Of a DNA stretch of 64,000 nt, positions 8,542 through 17,484 are shown in pieces (position 1 is the stretch's first letter; every line of letters begins with the position of its first letter). Source of the DNA: an uncultured archaeon (GTDB taxonomy: Archaea > Iainarchaeota > Iainarchaeia > Iainarchaeales > 1-14-0-10-31-34); NCBI GenBank assembly GCA_964442255.1, contig CAYTYC010000004.1:1416-65415 (forward strand), written 5' to 3'. Below the pieces are notes generated by a model. That model was not told where the DNA came from, did no database searches, and saw nothing but the letters and a program-made list of their open reading frames with translations. A program made the position numbers and the translations under genes.

Positions 8542-9233
8542 TTCTTCCTGAACAAGTGCAGTGAAAACAAGTCACCGTTGCAGCGAGTGTCCATGCCCTT
8601 AACCAATTCCAATCCCTTAAACAATTCCGCGTACTCTTCTTTTTTCCGGAAAATGCTGTACTTTGAGCCGCTTCTCCCGTTTTCTTCCCAAACGTGTTCG
8701 CAGAGAAAAATGTGCCCTCCTTTTCTGCAGATTTCCTTCATTTTTTTTGCGGGTTTCTTCAGTTCCTTTGGATTCAGTATGTGCAGCAATACAAGGGACT
8801 CGAAAACCAAGTCATATTTTTCAGGGGTTTCAAATTCAGTGAGCTTTCCTTTATGCAGTTCAATGTTTGGGGTGTGAAGAAATCTTTGGCTGGATTTTTC
8901 AAACATTATTTCGCTTGGTTCAATTCCTTCAACGCTGTATGCTTTTTTCACGAGCTCCTGCGTCATTCTTCCAGTCCCAAAACCGAGTTCAAAGACTTCT
9001 TTGTCTTCGTAAAATCCTTTCAGGAAAGAAAAAATTGTTTTCTTTAGTTTCCCGGATTCCAGCACGTTCCGCGTCCGGGAATGCCTTAAGCCCATTACCG
9101 CCTGCAATCCGTTTCTCTTTGCCCTTTCCTCCCAGTGCTTCCTTATTTCCTTTTCGGTCAGGCTTTCCTTTTCTTTCCTGCCGGGCTCAGGGCAAGTGTC
9201 TTTTTCTTTTTCGCTTAAACCGTGCACAGGCAT
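8538..9233 (-). CDS. Class I SAM-dependent methyltransferase
   Basis: VFELGFGTGR, GIE.S..M, YDLV....VLLHI motifs; start codon uncertain. Confidence 0.85.
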   Translation of the reverse strand: MPVHGLSEKEKDTCPEPGRKEKESLTEKEIRKHWEERAKRNGLQAVMGLRHSRTRNVLESGKLKKTIFSFLKGFYEDKEVFELGFGTGRMTQELVKKAYSVEGIEPSEIMFEKSSQRFLHTPNIELHKGKLTEFETPEKYDLVFESLVLLHILNPKELKKPAKKMKEICRKGGHIFLCEHVWEENGRSGSKYSIFRKKEEYAELFKGLELVKGMDTRCNGDLFSLHLFRKN

Positions 9234-9253
9234 TTTTGGTTCCTTCAAAAAAA

Positions 9254-9281
9254 GCAAGCCTCTGGCGGGAGTCGAACCCGC
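9254..9281 (-). repeat. tRNA-Thr 3'-end fragment (att-like), copy 1
   Basis: Reverse complement GCGGGTTCGACTCCCGCCAGAGGCT is a T-arm plus acceptor 3' strand; 17 bp identical to 10013-10029. Confidence 0.8.
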
Positions 9282-9344
9282 TTTTGGCTAAACCCGAACA
9301 AAAACGAAATATATATATATACGTTAAAATATATGAGGTCTAGC

Positions 9345-9950
9345 ATGAAATACTGTGCCTTGATTGGATTGCTTTTTGTTGCTGTTTTGGCTAGCGGATG
9401 CAGCCAGCTTGAGCCCGTAAATTATCCGGTAGCGCAAGGCGTAAAGGTTGACGTTCAAAGCCCTCATCCTTATTCAAACGGGAAAAGCGGCAAAAGCATT
9501 GAAACAATTGTTTGGTCGCATACTTTAAAGCACCCTGGCGCCTCCTCCTTAAAACTGCACTTCAACAGGCTGGATGTTGCAGGGGAGTTAAACGTACCTG
9601 TAGTTTATGAAACAATCAATATTCCTTGTCCGCCTGAAAGTTCCCCGGAGGCAACCGAAGGAGTGCCGAGCGCCGGGGAATTAGTGTACTGCGGAGAGAA
9701 AACAGTAACAAAAGAATTTACGTTGCAGGAAATATTCATTAAAAACTACATCAATGGAGATTTTTTAATGGTAAGAGACTCACAAAACAATATCTTGGAT
9801 ATACTATTTGAGCAGCCGCCTGGAGCTGGCTTTTCCAAAACTTACGATGGTGTAGATGTGGTAGTATTGGAGCTTTACGCAGATGCCTCTGAAAACGCTT
9901 ATGGCGTACATGTGGATGAGTATTTTTATGGATTTGAACATACTGGCTGA
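9345..9950 (+). CDS. Secreted lipoprotein with CUB-like beta domain
   Basis: Lipobox LASGC; SPHPY.N, W....PGASSLKLHF, D.L.V.D, D.S...YG..VD pattern; ATG at 9345. Confidence 0.7.
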   Translation: MKYCALIGLLFVAVLASGCSQLEPVNYPVAQGVKVDVQSPHPYSNGKSGKSIETIVWSHTLKHPGASSLKLHFNRLDVAGELNVPVVYETINIPCPPESSPEATEGVPSAGELVYCGEKTVTKEFTLQEIFIKNYINGDFLMVRDSQNNILDILFEQPPGAGFSKTYDGVDVVVLELYADASENAYGVHVDEYFYGFEHTG

Positions 9951-10012
9951 TTCACGGCCATTTAATCTTCTTTGACTGCTTTTTCAGAAAATTAAGGGCA
10001 GGGCAAAAAAAT

Positions 10013-10029
10013 GCAAGCCTCTGGCGGGA
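10013..10029 (-). repeat. tRNA-Thr 3'-end fragment (att-like), copy 2
   Basis: GCAAGCCTCTGGCGGGA identical to 9254-9270. Confidence 0.75.
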
Positions 10030-10089
10030 ATTCACAGGAAATCTGCCCCCTTTCCAGCTGATTATAAAGGCTAAAACCGGTATTTTTGC

Positions 10090-11121
10090 GTGAATGATGC
10101 GAGAGTTGAGTTTAGGGACAACGACATTAAGAGGCAGTTTTTTGCTGAATTAAAGGAAGCCGCCAAGGCAAAAAGCTGGAAAAAGCTGGCAAACTGTTTT
10201 GGGGTCAGCCTGAAGACTTTTCAGAGCTACTTGTATGGGGGCTTCACGGTTCCAGGAAATCTCTTCAGTCGATTTATTGAAAATTTCCCGGAAGAAAAAA
10301 AGCGTTTTTATTCAGATAATGTTAATTTAAAAGATAAAAATTGGGGGGCAGTTTTGGGCGGCAAAAGAAACTATCAGCTGCACCCGGAAATTTATGAAAA
10401 AGGCAGAAAAATTGCGGCACTTAGGCGCAAAGGAAAAGAAGAAACTTTTGACTTTGATGTTCCGCTTTCAGAGGATTTGTGTGAATTTATCGGCGCATTT
10501 ATCGGCGACGGGTTTACTAATAGATATGGCCGCCATTATTGGACAGAGTTAACAGGGGACATAAATCTTGATAAAGAATATCTGACAAATGTTCTTGCAA
10601 GAAACGTGTTTTCTTTGCTTGGGGTAAATTCAACTTCAAGGCCGAATAGCGGCAATAATGCTCTAAGGCTGATTTTTCACTCAAAATTTTTGTTTAAGCT
10701 TTTAACCGAGCGTTTCAAATTTCCCGCAGGAGTGAAATGTTATACCGTAAAAATTCCTGAAGAGATAATTAATGCAGGTGGTCCTCTATTGTATGCGACA
10801 ATTAGGGGAATATTTGATACTGATGGTTGCGTTTTTTTCAGCCAAAGAAAAGTCTACAGAAAACCTTATCCAAGGGTTACGTTTCAAACGGCAAGCGAGT
10901 CACTGCATTCACAAGTGAAAGAAATTCTAAGCAAAGAGTTCAGCCTGTATTCATACAAAAACAGGGAAAAGAAGAAATTTGCTGTAGATGTTTATGGCCA
11001 CAACCAGCTTAAAAAGTGGCTTCGTTTGATAGGGTTTTCTAATAAAAGGCATCTTGATAGGTTAAACAGGTTTCAAGATGCTAAGCCCTGGGCGGGGATC
11101 GAACCCGCGACCTCATGCTAG
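10090..11121 (+). CDS. Free-standing double-motif LAGLIDADG (DOD) homing endonuclease-like protein with N-terminal HTH
   Basis: EFIGAFIGDG and TIRGIFDTDG motifs; N-terminal SWKKLA..FGVS..T HTH-like segment; 3' end overlaps the antisense tRNA-Thr. Confidence 0.88.
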   Translation: MNDARVEFRDNDIKRQFFAELKEAAKAKSWKKLANCFGVSLKTFQSYLYGGFTVPGNLFSRFIENFPEEKKRFYSDNVNLKDKNWGAVLGGKRNYQLHPEIYEKGRKIAALRRKGKEETFDFDVPLSEDLCEFIGAFIGDGFTNRYGRHYWTELTGDINLDKEYLTNVLARNVFSLLGVNSTSRPNSGNNALRLIFHSKFLFKLLTERFKFPAGVKCYTVKIPEEIINAGGPLLYATIRGIFDTDGCVFFSQRKVYRKPYPRVTFQTASESLHSQVKEILSKEFSLYSYKNREKKKFAVDVYGHNQLKKWLRLIGFSNKRHLDRLNRFQDAKPWAGIEPATSC

Positions 11122-11172
11122 TTGTCCTCATTAGATACCAAGCATGTATTGCTACCACTAAACTACCAGGGC
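11084..11172 (-). tRNA. tRNA-Thr(GGT) with 16-nt intron (11120-11135)
   Basis: Acceptor GCCCTGG/CCAGGGC, anticodon arm CATGC-TTGGTA[intron]A-GCATG, T-loop GTTCGATCC. Confidence 0.88.
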
Positions 11173-11201
11173 ATACACTATTAATCCATCCAAAAAAAGG
11201 T

Positions 11202-11387
11202 TTAAAAGCAGTCGGCACAGAGTTTTTTTCCTAAATTTTTTGAGGCATTGAGAATTTCAATTCCAAGCAGCTCTTTTCTTTCGCTAAAGTCAACTATGCT
11301 GTCACCAAATTCTTTACTGGCATGGTATTTCCCTTTTTTTGCCTTAATATACATCGCGTCAGCCGATTTATCGTAAGTCACTTTCAT
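11202..11387 (-). CDS. DUF2283-family protein
   Basis: MKVTYDKSADAMYI...IVDF......GIEILNASK signature. Confidence 0.85.
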   Translation of the reverse strand: MKVTYDKSADAMYIKAKKGKYHASKEFGDSIVDFSERKELLGIEILNASKNLGKKLCADCF

Positions 11388-12655
11388 TTGCCTGCGCCAA
11401 CGATTTCCTTCAATTTCTCCAGTTCACTGAATTTTACCTCGAATTCCTTTCTTTTTTCCATGTCCTTTACCGTGAGAACAGATTTTTCCAGTTCTTTTTC
11501 CCCAATGAAAGCAACAAAGGGAAAGCCTTGTTTTAAGGCAAATTCCAGGCTTTTTCCCACGCTTCCTGCCTTTAAATCCAGTTCAGCAGGAACCCCCGCC
11601 CTGCTGCGGATTCTTTGGAGCATTTCCAGGGCTTTTAAGGCAGTTTTCTCCCCAATAGGCACCAAATAAATGCCTTTTTTGGGCTTTAAAGCCAGTTTTT
11701 CCCCCATTAACCCGCAGATTCTTTCCACGCCATAGCTTATGCCCACAGCCTCTTCCGGCCTTCCCCCATACAATTCAATAAGCTTATCGTACCTGCCTCC
11801 TCCGCCCACGCTTTGGCCTTCCCCCACTTTGACCTCAAAAACCGTTCCAGTATAATATTCCAGCCCGCGTGCTATACTCAAATCAAACTCTGCTTGCTTC
11901 TCCAAGCCCGCGGCCTTCAAATATTCCAGCAACTCTTTCACTTCCTTTAATCCCTTTGAATTCACCTTTTTTTCCTTGAACTCTTTCTCGATTTCCCCCA
12001 AGGCTTTTCCGTTCATCCAGCCCAAAATGCTTGAATCAATTTTCTTTTTTTTCAGCTCTTCCCTGACTCCTTTCACCCCAATTTTTTCCAGCTTGTCCAG
12101 GCTCCGCAAACAATCTACAACCTGCGCTTTTTTCACCCCGTTGCAGAGCGCAAGCTCTTCCAAAAGCTTTCTGTTGTTCAGCCTGACTTTTGCTTTCAGC
12201 CCCAGGCGCCTGAAAACTTCAATTGTTGCGCTTATGCATTCCGTTTCCGCAAGCATTGAGCCTGTTCCCGTAATGTCAATGTCCGCCTGTGTAAACTCGC
12301 GGTACCTTCCCTTCCCGGGTCGGTCGTACCTGTAAACCGTTCCAATGCAGTATCTTTTAAACGGCCTTGGAAGCTGCGGGTTGGAAGCCATTACCCTCCC
12401 AAGCGGAACAGTGAAATCAAACCTTAACCCTAACTCTCTTCCGCTTTGGTCCTTAAAGCAGTAGATTTCTTTCCTTATTTCTTCTCCGCCTGCACTCTTT
12501 GCGCTCAACAGCTTAAAGTCTTCTACAACCGGAGTCTGCCAGGGAAGAAAGCCGTACAATTCAAACACCTGCCTGCACGTGTCTTCAATGAACTGCTTTT
12601 TCACCATTTCCTCCGGAAGGTAATCCCGCATTCCGCGAACAGTCTGGAACTTCAT
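11384..12655 (-). CDS. hisS: Histidine--tRNA ligase
   Basis: RGMRD, LRFDFTVP, YRYDRP..GRYREFTQ, RGLEYYTG, GGGRYD motifs. Confidence 0.97.
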   Translation of the reverse strand: MKFQTVRGMRDYLPEEMVKKQFIEDTCRQVFELYGFLPWQTPVVEDFKLLSAKSAGGEEIRKEIYCFKDQSGRELGLRFDFTVPLGRVMASNPQLPRPFKRYCIGTVYRYDRPGKGRYREFTQADIDITGTGSMLAETECISATIEVFRRLGLKAKVRLNNRKLLEELALCNGVKKAQVVDCLRSLDKLEKIGVKGVREELKKKKIDSSILGWMNGKALGEIEKEFKEKKVNSKGLKEVKELLEYLKAAGLEKQAEFDLSIARGLEYYTGTVFEVKVGEGQSVGGGGRYDKLIELYGGRPEEAVGISYGVERICGLMGEKLALKPKKGIYLVPIGEKTALKALEMLQRIRSRAGVPAELDLKAGSVGKSLEFALKQGFPFVAFIGEKELEKSVLTVKDMEKRKEFEVKFSELEKLKEIVGAGK

Positions 12656-12675
12656 TTTCTCTCACCTGCTTTTAG

Positions 12676-12748
12676 GGCCGTGGGGGGGAGTCGAACCCCC
12701 GTCTTAGGATCCACAATCCCATATCCTGACCGCTGGACGACCACAGCC
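12676..12748 (-). tRNA. tRNA-His(GTG), genome-encoded G-1
   Basis: G-GCTGTGG/CCACGGC-C, anticodon arm TGGGA-TTGTGGA-TCCTA. Confidence 0.93.
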
Positions 12749-12998
12749 ATTAACTTATTTTTGGATAGCTTTCCCCTCATTTTTTTGTTTGGTTCCCGAA
12801 ATTGAGCCAGCCATTACCTGCACTTACAGCTAAGAATGAAAAGGCTTTTATTATTGCATTCCGCCCGCTACCCAAATCAAAGAAAAAGTTGCCTGAAATG
12901 AACTAACTCACTTTTCATGGTGGACAGCATACTTTCTTTCCGGAAAGGTTTAAATAGGTTTTTAAACCTGAATAAGCCCAAGTATTTTGGTTGATTGA

Positions 12999-13304
12999 AT
13001 GCCTGAAAGAATTAAGAGACTGGTTGTGAAAGGGGGCAAGAAAGCCAAGGGAGGCTTAAAGAGACTCATGTCGGTTTTCTCGGGCGGAGCCGCACGGGTT
13101 GAACTGGAGCCAAAACCAATGGGCCCAGGCATGAAACGCCAGGCGAAAGAAATTAAGGGCGGCCACGGGCACAAAGGCATCAGTGTTTTAAGGAATCTGG
13201 CGGACAAGAAAGAAAAACCCATTAATCCGGAAAAAACCTTAAAACGCATTTTGGAAGGAAGCGGAAGGGTTTCACCTAAAAAAAAGCGTGAAGAAGAAGC
13301 TTAA
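12999..13304 (+). CDS. Small basic (Lys-rich) hypothetical protein
   Basis: 101-aa ORF convergent with trkA; TTTAAA elements upstream. Confidence 0.55.
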   Translation: MPERIKRLVVKGGKKAKGGLKRLMSVFSGGAARVELEPKPMGPGMKRQAKEIKGGHGHKGISVLRNLADKKEKPINPEKTLKRILEGSGRVSPKKKREEEA

Positions 13305-13954
13305 ATCAAACTTTTTCTGACTTTGTCTGCGACTTCCCTTTTCGCTAAAACCAGTATTTTTGTGTTTGCCTTGATTTCGGCTTCCGGCCCGGGAATCACG
13401 AGCTGGCCGCCTTCGTATAAGGCGATTATTGCGGAACCCGGGGGATGCTGGATGTCCCTGATTTTTTTGCCCACAATTTTTGTGTTTTCCTTCACCAGTA
13501 TCTCCATTATTTCGGCTTCCCCCCGGGAAATGAATGCAAGGTCCAAAACCTCGGGTTTTGTGATTAACTCTTCAATGTAGCCTGCTGCGGCTGCCTCCGG
13601 GTGAATCACAATGTCAATCCCTAATTTGTTTAAAACCCGTTCATCGTATTCCACTCTTCCCAGCCTCACCGCAACAGTTTTTGCCCCAAGCTCTTTCGCC
13701 AAAAGCCCCATGACCATGTTGGTTTCATCCGAGCCGGTTAACGCAACAACCGCGTCGGCTTCCTTTACTCCTGCTGCCTGCAGTGCCTTTATGTCTGTGC
13801 CGTCCGCATGGGTTGCAACAACATCCAATTGCCTTGAAATCCTTTCACAGACCTTTTCGTCCTTGTCAATGACTATTGTGTCGTGGTCTTCTTCAAGCAA
13901 TAACTGCACCAAATAGTAGCCCAAGTCGCCTGCCCCAATCACCACAATATACAT
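13301..13954 (-). CDS. trkA: Trk K+ uptake NAD-binding subunit
   Basis: IGAGDLG RCK-N motif plus RCK-C domain; coupled to trkH. Confidence 0.95.
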   Translation of the reverse strand: MYIVVIGAGDLGYYLVQLLLEEDHDTIVIDKDEKVCERISRQLDVVATHADGTDIKALQAAGVKEADAVVALTGSDETNMVMGLLAKELGAKTVAVRLGRVEYDERVLNKLGIDIVIHPEAAAAGYIEELITKPEVLDLAFISRGEAEIMEILVKENTKIVGKKIRDIQHPPGSAIIALYEGGQLVIPGPEAEIKANTKILVLAKREVADKVRKSLI

Positions 13955-15418
13955 TTACAGTTTCCTCCTTGAAAGCATGAAACCAACCAATGCAAGCACT
14001 GGAATGATTTCCAGCCTGCCAATCCACATGTTTAATATTAGAACTGTTTCGCTTAATAAAGGCATTCCCTGCTGGGAGATTCCCGAGGAAATTCCGACAT
14101 TTCCTTGCGCTGAAGCCACTTCAAACAGCGCGGTCCCCAAATTTGTTCCGTCCAGTGTGAGGAGCGCGGTTCCAATTAAAAGGAAAATGGCGTACAGTAA
14201 AATGAACTGCGTCACCTGTTTTATTTCCTTGTCTTCCACGTCCCTGCCCTCAAATTTTCTTGCAAAAAAGGAATCTTCAGGCAAAACGCTTGCCTTTATT
14301 CTCCAGTAAATTGATTTAATGAAGATAATGAACCTGCTCAGCTTTATTCCGCCTGCAGTGCTTCCGCTTGAGCCCCCAATAAACATCACCCCAATCAAAA
14401 GCAGTTTAATGAAGTCTTCCCATACCCTCACTTCAGTGGGCGACACCAATGAAACGCCTCCCGCGGTTAAAGCCGACACCACATGAAAGAACGCGTACTC
14501 CACTCCAATGTAATTTGAGCCGTAGAATAAAATCATTTTCGGGAGAATAATTAATGAAGTGAGTGCCCCAAGAAAAAGCAGTGCCCTGAATTCAATGTCC
14601 CCAAAAAAAGCCTTTACTTGCTTGCGCTTGAAGAACAGGTAATGCACGGAAAAGCTGGTTGCCCCCAAAATCATCACAACCATTAAACTCAGGTCCAGCC
14701 AGGGGTTATGCCTTCCCACAAGCCCTCCTTCAATGGAATCCATTCCTGTTGTGGAGATTGCGCTCATGGAATAGTTTATTGAATGGAACAAACTTAAATC
14801 CGAGGAAAGGAAAACCAATAGTGTCCCGAAAACTGTGAGAATAACGTAAATTGCCCAAAGGTCTTTCACCATGTTTTTAATGTTTGGGCGAAGCCTTTCC
14901 TGTTTTCCTTCCGCAAGCAAAAACCTTGCGCTTTTCGTGTAGGCTGCAAACACTCCAACCAAAGCCATCACCACTATCCCTAATCCTCCAATCCATGAAA
15001 GAAAGCTTCTCCAGAAAATAAGGCTTTTTGGCAGGTTGCCTATGTGCGGCACCACACTCAGCCCGGTGGTTGTGATTGCGCTCATTGCCTCAAAAAAAGA
15101 GTCAAGGAAATTCATTCCCTGAATTAAAACAAACGGAAAGCCCGCTATTGCGGGAAAAACCAGCCAGATTACGCTTATTGCAATCAGCGCGTGCTTTAAT
15201 TCCGTGTCCTGGTCTGAAGCAAAAATTTTTTTTATCACATAGCCTAAAGCAAAAGAGAAAACGCCCACAAGGGCGTATTTTGCCATTATGTGCACGGGTT
15301 CCAGGAACAGGAGCGCGGCCAGAACCGGAATCGCATAGGCCGCGCTGCTCCACTGCAAAACCGTCCCAAAATCCCTTAGCACAACTTTTAAGTCTTCCCC
15401 TGAAACCCGGATAAACAT
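13955..15418 (-). CDS. trkH: Trk K+ uptake membrane subunit
   Basis: SAITTTG, SAISTTG, GSTAGGIK, SAQGNVG, MWIGRLE motifs. Confidence 0.96.
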   Translation of the reverse strand: MFIRVSGEDLKVVLRDFGTVLQWSSAAYAIPVLAALLFLEPVHIMAKYALVGVFSFALGYVIKKIFASDQDTELKHALIAISVIWLVFPAIAGFPFVLIQGMNFLDSFFEAMSAITTTGLSVVPHIGNLPKSLIFWRSFLSWIGGLGIVVMALVGVFAAYTKSARFLLAEGKQERLRPNIKNMVKDLWAIYVILTVFGTLLVFLSSDLSLFHSINYSMSAISTTGMDSIEGGLVGRHNPWLDLSLMVVMILGATSFSVHYLFFKRKQVKAFFGDIEFRALLFLGALTSLIILPKMILFYGSNYIGVEYAFFHVVSALTAGGVSLVSPTEVRVWEDFIKLLLIGVMFIGGSSGSTAGGIKLSRFIIFIKSIYWRIKASVLPEDSFFARKFEGRDVEDKEIKQVTQFILLYAIFLLIGTALLTLDGTNLGTALFEVASAQGNVGISSGISQQGMPLLSETVLILNMWIGRLEIIPVLALVGFMLSRRKL

Positions 15419-15466
15419 TTGTAAATAAAGGGCTTTTTCATTTAAAAGCGTTGAGGGAACGCCCGG

Positions 15467-15543
15467 AACCGCATATTTATGGGGGATTCGACTGAAAGGA
15501 GAATCCCTCGACGTATCCTGGCGTAAACCGACAGTGGCGGTTT
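15467..15543. repeat. Hairpin element family B, copy 2 (abuts tRNA-Leu 3' end)
   Basis: Homologous to 3976-4050, including exact GTAAACCGACAGTGGCGGTTT. Confidence 0.85.
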
Positions 15544-15658
15544 GCAGGGGGGAGGATTCGAACCCCCGAAGGCACTAAGCCACAGCGCCTAATCCCAATC
15601 AAACCCGTAGGTTACGATTGTCTGAACGCTGCTCGTTTGACCGCTTCGATACCCCTGC
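15543..15658 (-). tRNA. tRNA-Leu(CAG) with 32-nt intron at non-canonical 36/37 position (15590-15621)
   Basis: Long variable arm, discriminator A; BHB GTTC/GGAT helix with AGA and TAG bulges gives mature loop TTCAGGG. Confidence 0.85.
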
Positions 15659-15700
15659 TTAAGAAAGCGTTTAATCAAAAACAATAAAAAACAGGAACCT

Positions 15701-16132
15701 TTACCTTAACTCGGTTTTGATTGCTTTGGCTATTTTTTCCGGCAGTTCATCTGGCTTTGTGCTTACTGAGGCGAACCCTGACTCAATTTTTTCGCTTAAT
15801 CCTTTGGAGTCTTTTCGCATTCCTGCAAACCCTTGTTTCATTCCTGTGAAGCCTTCCTGCATTCCTGCAAAACCTTCCCGCATTTCTGTGAATCCTTCTT
15901 TCATTGCCTGATAGCCCAGGGTTTGGTAGCCGATGCCTTTGTCCAGCTGCTCTAAAATCAGGGATTGATTGTATTGTTCACTGTTCGCCAAACTTATGCG
16001 GTTGTCAAATTTTAGCCCTGAAACACTGACTTTCCTTTTTTCTCTTTCCCCGCCAAATTCTATTGCCGAGGGAAAATGCTTTTTCAGGTAGCCGTGAAAT
16101 TCCCTGATGTTTTCTTTTGTTCCCTCAACCAT
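15701..16132 (-). CDS. Protein resembling the C-terminal part of archaeal acylphosphatase-coiled-coil fusions, with 7-aa GFxxMxE repeats
   Basis: VEG..E.I.EF start, L..EQL.KG, then MKEGFTE/MREGFAG/MQEGFTG/MKQGFAG (21-bp tandem repeats ~15818-15904); ATG at 16132. Confidence 0.55.
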   Translation of the reverse strand: MVEGTKENIREFHGYLKKHFPSAIEFGGEREKRKVSVSGLKFDNRISLANSEQYNQSLILEQLDKGIGYQTLGYQAMKEGFTEMREGFAGMQEGFTGMKQGFAGMRKDSKGLSEKIESGFASVSTKPDELPEKIAKAIKTELR

Positions 16133-16208
16133 TTTTCTCTTATAGAAAGGGATTGGGATCGTATTTAAGGTTTCCTGTTCGTCAATTACCAACGGAAGGT
16201 TAGTTGAT

Positions 16209-16280
16209 CGGGCCCACGGGGAATCGAACCCCGGTCTGCAGCTCCGCAAGCAACCGTACTGTCCACTATACTATGGGCCC
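16209..16280 (-). tRNA. tRNA-Arg(GCG)
   Basis: Acceptor GGGCCCA/TGGGCCC, anticodon loop TTGCGGA (one U-U mismatch in stem), T-loop GTTCGATTC. Confidence 0.85.
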
Positions 16281-16365
16281 CGGCTTAAAATAATTCCCCT
16301 AAAAGCCTTTTTATTTTCTTGCTTCAGGCGTAAGCCGTTTTTGGTGAAATTTCTAAAAAGTTTTA

Positions 16366-16470
16366 GAAACCCTTTCCGGGAACCCCGCCCATTTTAATGG
16401 GCAAATGAATTGTTTCCATTAAGCCGTTTGCGGAAAAAAAAAAATTCGGCGGATTTTTAGCCCGCCGCAG
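16366..16470. mobile_element. Small non-autonomous hairpin element, family A, copy 2
   Basis: GAAACCC.TTCCGGGAACCCCGCC...AATGGGC...GCCGTTT.CGG.AAAAAAA...CGGCGG.TTTTA..CCGCCG.AG, flanked by TTTA; homologous to 781-880. Confidence 0.8.
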
Positions 16471-16471
16471 T

Positions 16472-17455
16472 TTAAGCAATTAAAACCTTTTCCAGAATCA
16501 TTGCGTACGGAACCGCAAGAAAGCGGAAAACAAAGTTTCCAAGCAAAAGGAAAACAGAGGTTGCAAGAAAAGCCGACAGAATCCAGAAATAGTCGGTGAG
16601 AAACCCGTACCACGGCATTTGGGTTTTCACTTTTTCGAACACCATTGAAGCCATTTCCTTGTCTATTTTTCCTTCCTGCGCTTTCCTTATTTCCGCCACC
16701 ACTTTTTCCCTGAATTCGGGGGAATTCATTTCCGTTTCCAGTGCGTCCATTCCCAGCAAAAAAACATGAACCCTTTGGTCTTCCACGCCTCTTAAGGCGG
16801 CGTAGGCCGGCATTCTTGTTATGCGCTCAATGGTTTGCTTTTGGTTTTCAATCATTAAGTCCGCGGTGTATTCGTTCAATTGCCTGGTTCCCTGTTGCTG
16901 CAACGCGATGTCCAAAAGCTTTTCTTCCATTTGTTCCTTGAATGTTTCCTGCTGCGGGAAAACAAACAAAATTGTTCCAATAAAAAGCCCTATTGCGGTA
17001 AGGCTCGCCAGCCTTTGCGCCGCTCCGGTTGTAACCCTGAACTGCACCCATTTTTTTAGTTCAAGTTTTTTCAGGTAAACCGTTTCAATCATCAGCCACA
17101 TTCCAAGCAAATAAAAAAGCGCTGCAACCGCAAATTCGCTTAGCCTTGGAAAAAGCAAAAGCAGCACGGCAAACCCCATGAATGACCCCGCCAATGCGCT
17201 CATTTGCGCCTCTCTTTTTGTGAAAAAATTGCAGGATACAACAACTATTCCTATTGTGGACGGGAAAAGCAGGACAAAGAGAATGAATCCCGTTGATTTC
17301 ACGTTTTCAATTGTTTGCGCCAAATCAAAGTTGAAGACTTCGCTTAAAAACAGGTTTGAGGTGCTTAAAAAATAGCCCCAAACTATCACGCTTACCGCAA
17401 TCAACCCGACGAACAGAACCTGCATTTCGGTTTGCTGGCTTAATTTCATCCGCAT
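16472..17455 (-). CDS. Polytopic membrane protein with soluble helical loop
   Basis: 327 aa, about 6 TM helices. Confidence 0.75.
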   Translation of the reverse strand: MRMKLSQQTEMQVLFVGLIAVSVIVWGYFLSTSNLFLSEVFNFDLAQTIENVKSTGFILFVLLFPSTIGIVVVSCNFFTKREAQMSALAGSFMGFAVLLLLFPRLSEFAVAALFYLLGMWLMIETVYLKKLELKKWVQFRVTTGAAQRLASLTAIGLFIGTILFVFPQQETFKEQMEEKLLDIALQQQGTRQLNEYTADLMIENQKQTIERITRMPAYAALRGVEDQRVHVFLLGMDALETEMNSPEFREKVVAEIRKAQEGKIDKEMASMVFEKVKTQMPWYGFLTDYFWILSAFLATSVFLLLGNFVFRFLAVPYAMILEKVLIA

Positions 17456-17484
17456 TTTAATAGGCTTTCAGGGTATTTAAATTT

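Noticed and set aside
9254..9281. Split or permuted tRNA half
   Set aside because: Only T-arm and acceptor strand are present, with no anticodon half or complementary leader seen; att-like remnant is more parsimonious.
10090..11121. Intein or group I intron host
   Set aside because: No Hint-domain splicing motifs (N-terminal Cys, C-terminal His-Asn) and no interrupted host gene; the ORF is free-standing.
16133..16249. N-terminal extension of ORF 15701..16249
   Set aside because: Starts inside tRNA-Arg; the ATG at 16132 is more plausible.
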